Below are positions 63,168 through 64,000 of a DNA stretch of 64,000 nt, in pieces. The stretch spans positions 1 to 64,000 of the forward strand of contig CAWJSR010000031.1 in the NCBI GenBank assembly GCA_963845515.1. Direction: 5' to 3'. Below the pieces are notes generated by a model, which worked only from the letters and a program-made list of their open reading frames with translations, was not told the DNA's origin and did no database searches. Position numbers and translations under genes: made by a program. The DNA comes from an uncultured delta proteobacterium. GTDB taxonomy: Bacteria > Myxococcota > Myxococcia > Myxococcales > Anaeromyxobacteraceae. Position 1 is the stretch's first letter; every line of letters starts with the position of its first letter.

Positions 63168-63361
63168 GTGTCCTTGTTAGCGCCATCGGCCGGCGAACGA
63201 CCATATCCGCGGACTCGACCGACCCCAGAGGGAGCGGTCGCAGGGGCACCGGTGACGCTGGGGCCCACGTGCCACCTCCCCGGAATGAGTTGCGGCGGCC
63301 CCCCTCTCGGAGAGCCGCCGCGGCGCTGGTGCTGCACCCGTCCCCGCGCCTCAAGCTGGAT

Positions 63362-64000
63362 CTAGGGGTTGGTGATGCCGATGAGCGCGTGACCCGCGAG
63401 CACGGTGACCGGCTCGCCCACCGCCGGAGCCGCCGCGCCGCTGCGGAGGAAGCGGGTCTCGATCCGCGTCGCGCCGGACGACTGGAGGAAGGCGGAAGCA
63501 GCCGCCGGCACGGTGAGGGAGGTGGCTGAGAACCCGAGGCAGCGGATCAGGACGCCCTTCACCACGGGCAACGGCAGGTCGTGCGCCGCGCGCCCCGCCA
63601 CGCCGGCGTCGGTGGTGCGGATCTCGAGGATCGTCGCGTCCCCGGTCCCGGCGCCGCACTGGCCGGCCTCGCAGGAGAGCGTGAAGGCGCCCGCGTCGAG
63701 CGGAACGCTGGACAGGAGCGCGGTGGAGCTCGCGTCGAGCGCGAAGTCGTCCGCGACCGCGACCGTGGCTGCGAAGGCGTCGATCGCCTGCCCCTGATCG
63801 AGCGTGAAGGTGAGCGCGTCGTCGTCCTCGAGCAGCCCCGGATCGGCGAGCCCCGGGATGGGCCCCACGCCGGCGAAGACGCCCCAGAACGCGCTCGCGG
63901 GGAGAGTCTCCGGCACGAAGGACGCGCTGACCGCGACGATCGTCGTCGAGCCGGCGAGGGAGACGATGGGGAAGAGGCCGTTGTTGGCGGCGTTCGTCGC
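63362..64000 (-). CDS. Hypothetical beta-rich protein; 5' end outside the window
   Basis: Open frame to the window end with coding-like codon bias; ends VLAGHALIGITNP. Confidence 0.55.
   Translation of the reverse strand, partial: ATNAANNGLFPIVSLAGSTTIVAVSASFVPETLPASAFWGVFAGVGPIPGLADPGLLEDDDALTFTLDQGQAIDAFAATVAVADDFALDASSTALLSSVPLDAGAFTLSCEAGQCGAGTGDATILEIRTTDAGVAGRAAHDLPLPVVKGVLIRCLGFSATSLTVPAAASAFLQSSGATRIETRFLRSGAAAPAVGEPVTVLAGHALIGITNP

Overview
GC-rich bacterial DNA with many single-base indel frameshifts, consistent with an unpolished long-read sequence. It appears to consist of two unrelated genomic segments joined abruptly at about 31545. Left part (1-~31550), Burkholderiales-like by codon style and gene content: end of a Cus/Czc-type metal efflux locus, a patatin, and a LysR divergent from a 2-oxoacid:acceptor oxidoreductase with a GltD-like flavoprotein subunit. 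These are followed by an anaerobic aromatic-acid cluster with two FNR-box promoters (hcrCAB, a Zn-ribbon/rubrerythrin-CoA-ligase fusion, crotonases, BadH-like SDR, thioesterase, ferritin-like, DUF2249, hemerythrin, tandem GNAT, ABC transporter), then Crp/Fnr, FmdE-like, DnrO-like, an orphan sdhB and a truncated paaY. Right part (~31550-64000), Anaeromyxobacter/Myxococcota-like: dapC-dapD-dapE, esterase, phosphatase, dehydratase activase, radC with two VapBC modules, a TPR protein, an ECF sigma/ActD-like/exported caspase-beta-barrel operon, a PilZ-receiver protein, and a CotH-DUF2490-VTC-DUF4956-ECF-ZAS anti-sigma-Spy-like gene run. No rRNA, tRNA, CRISPR array, transposase or integrase was recognised. 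Family names come from motifs recognised by eye, not from database searches. The best candidate systems are the CotH/VTC/ECF run, the exported caspase operon and the di-iron-fused CoA ligase in the hcr cluster.
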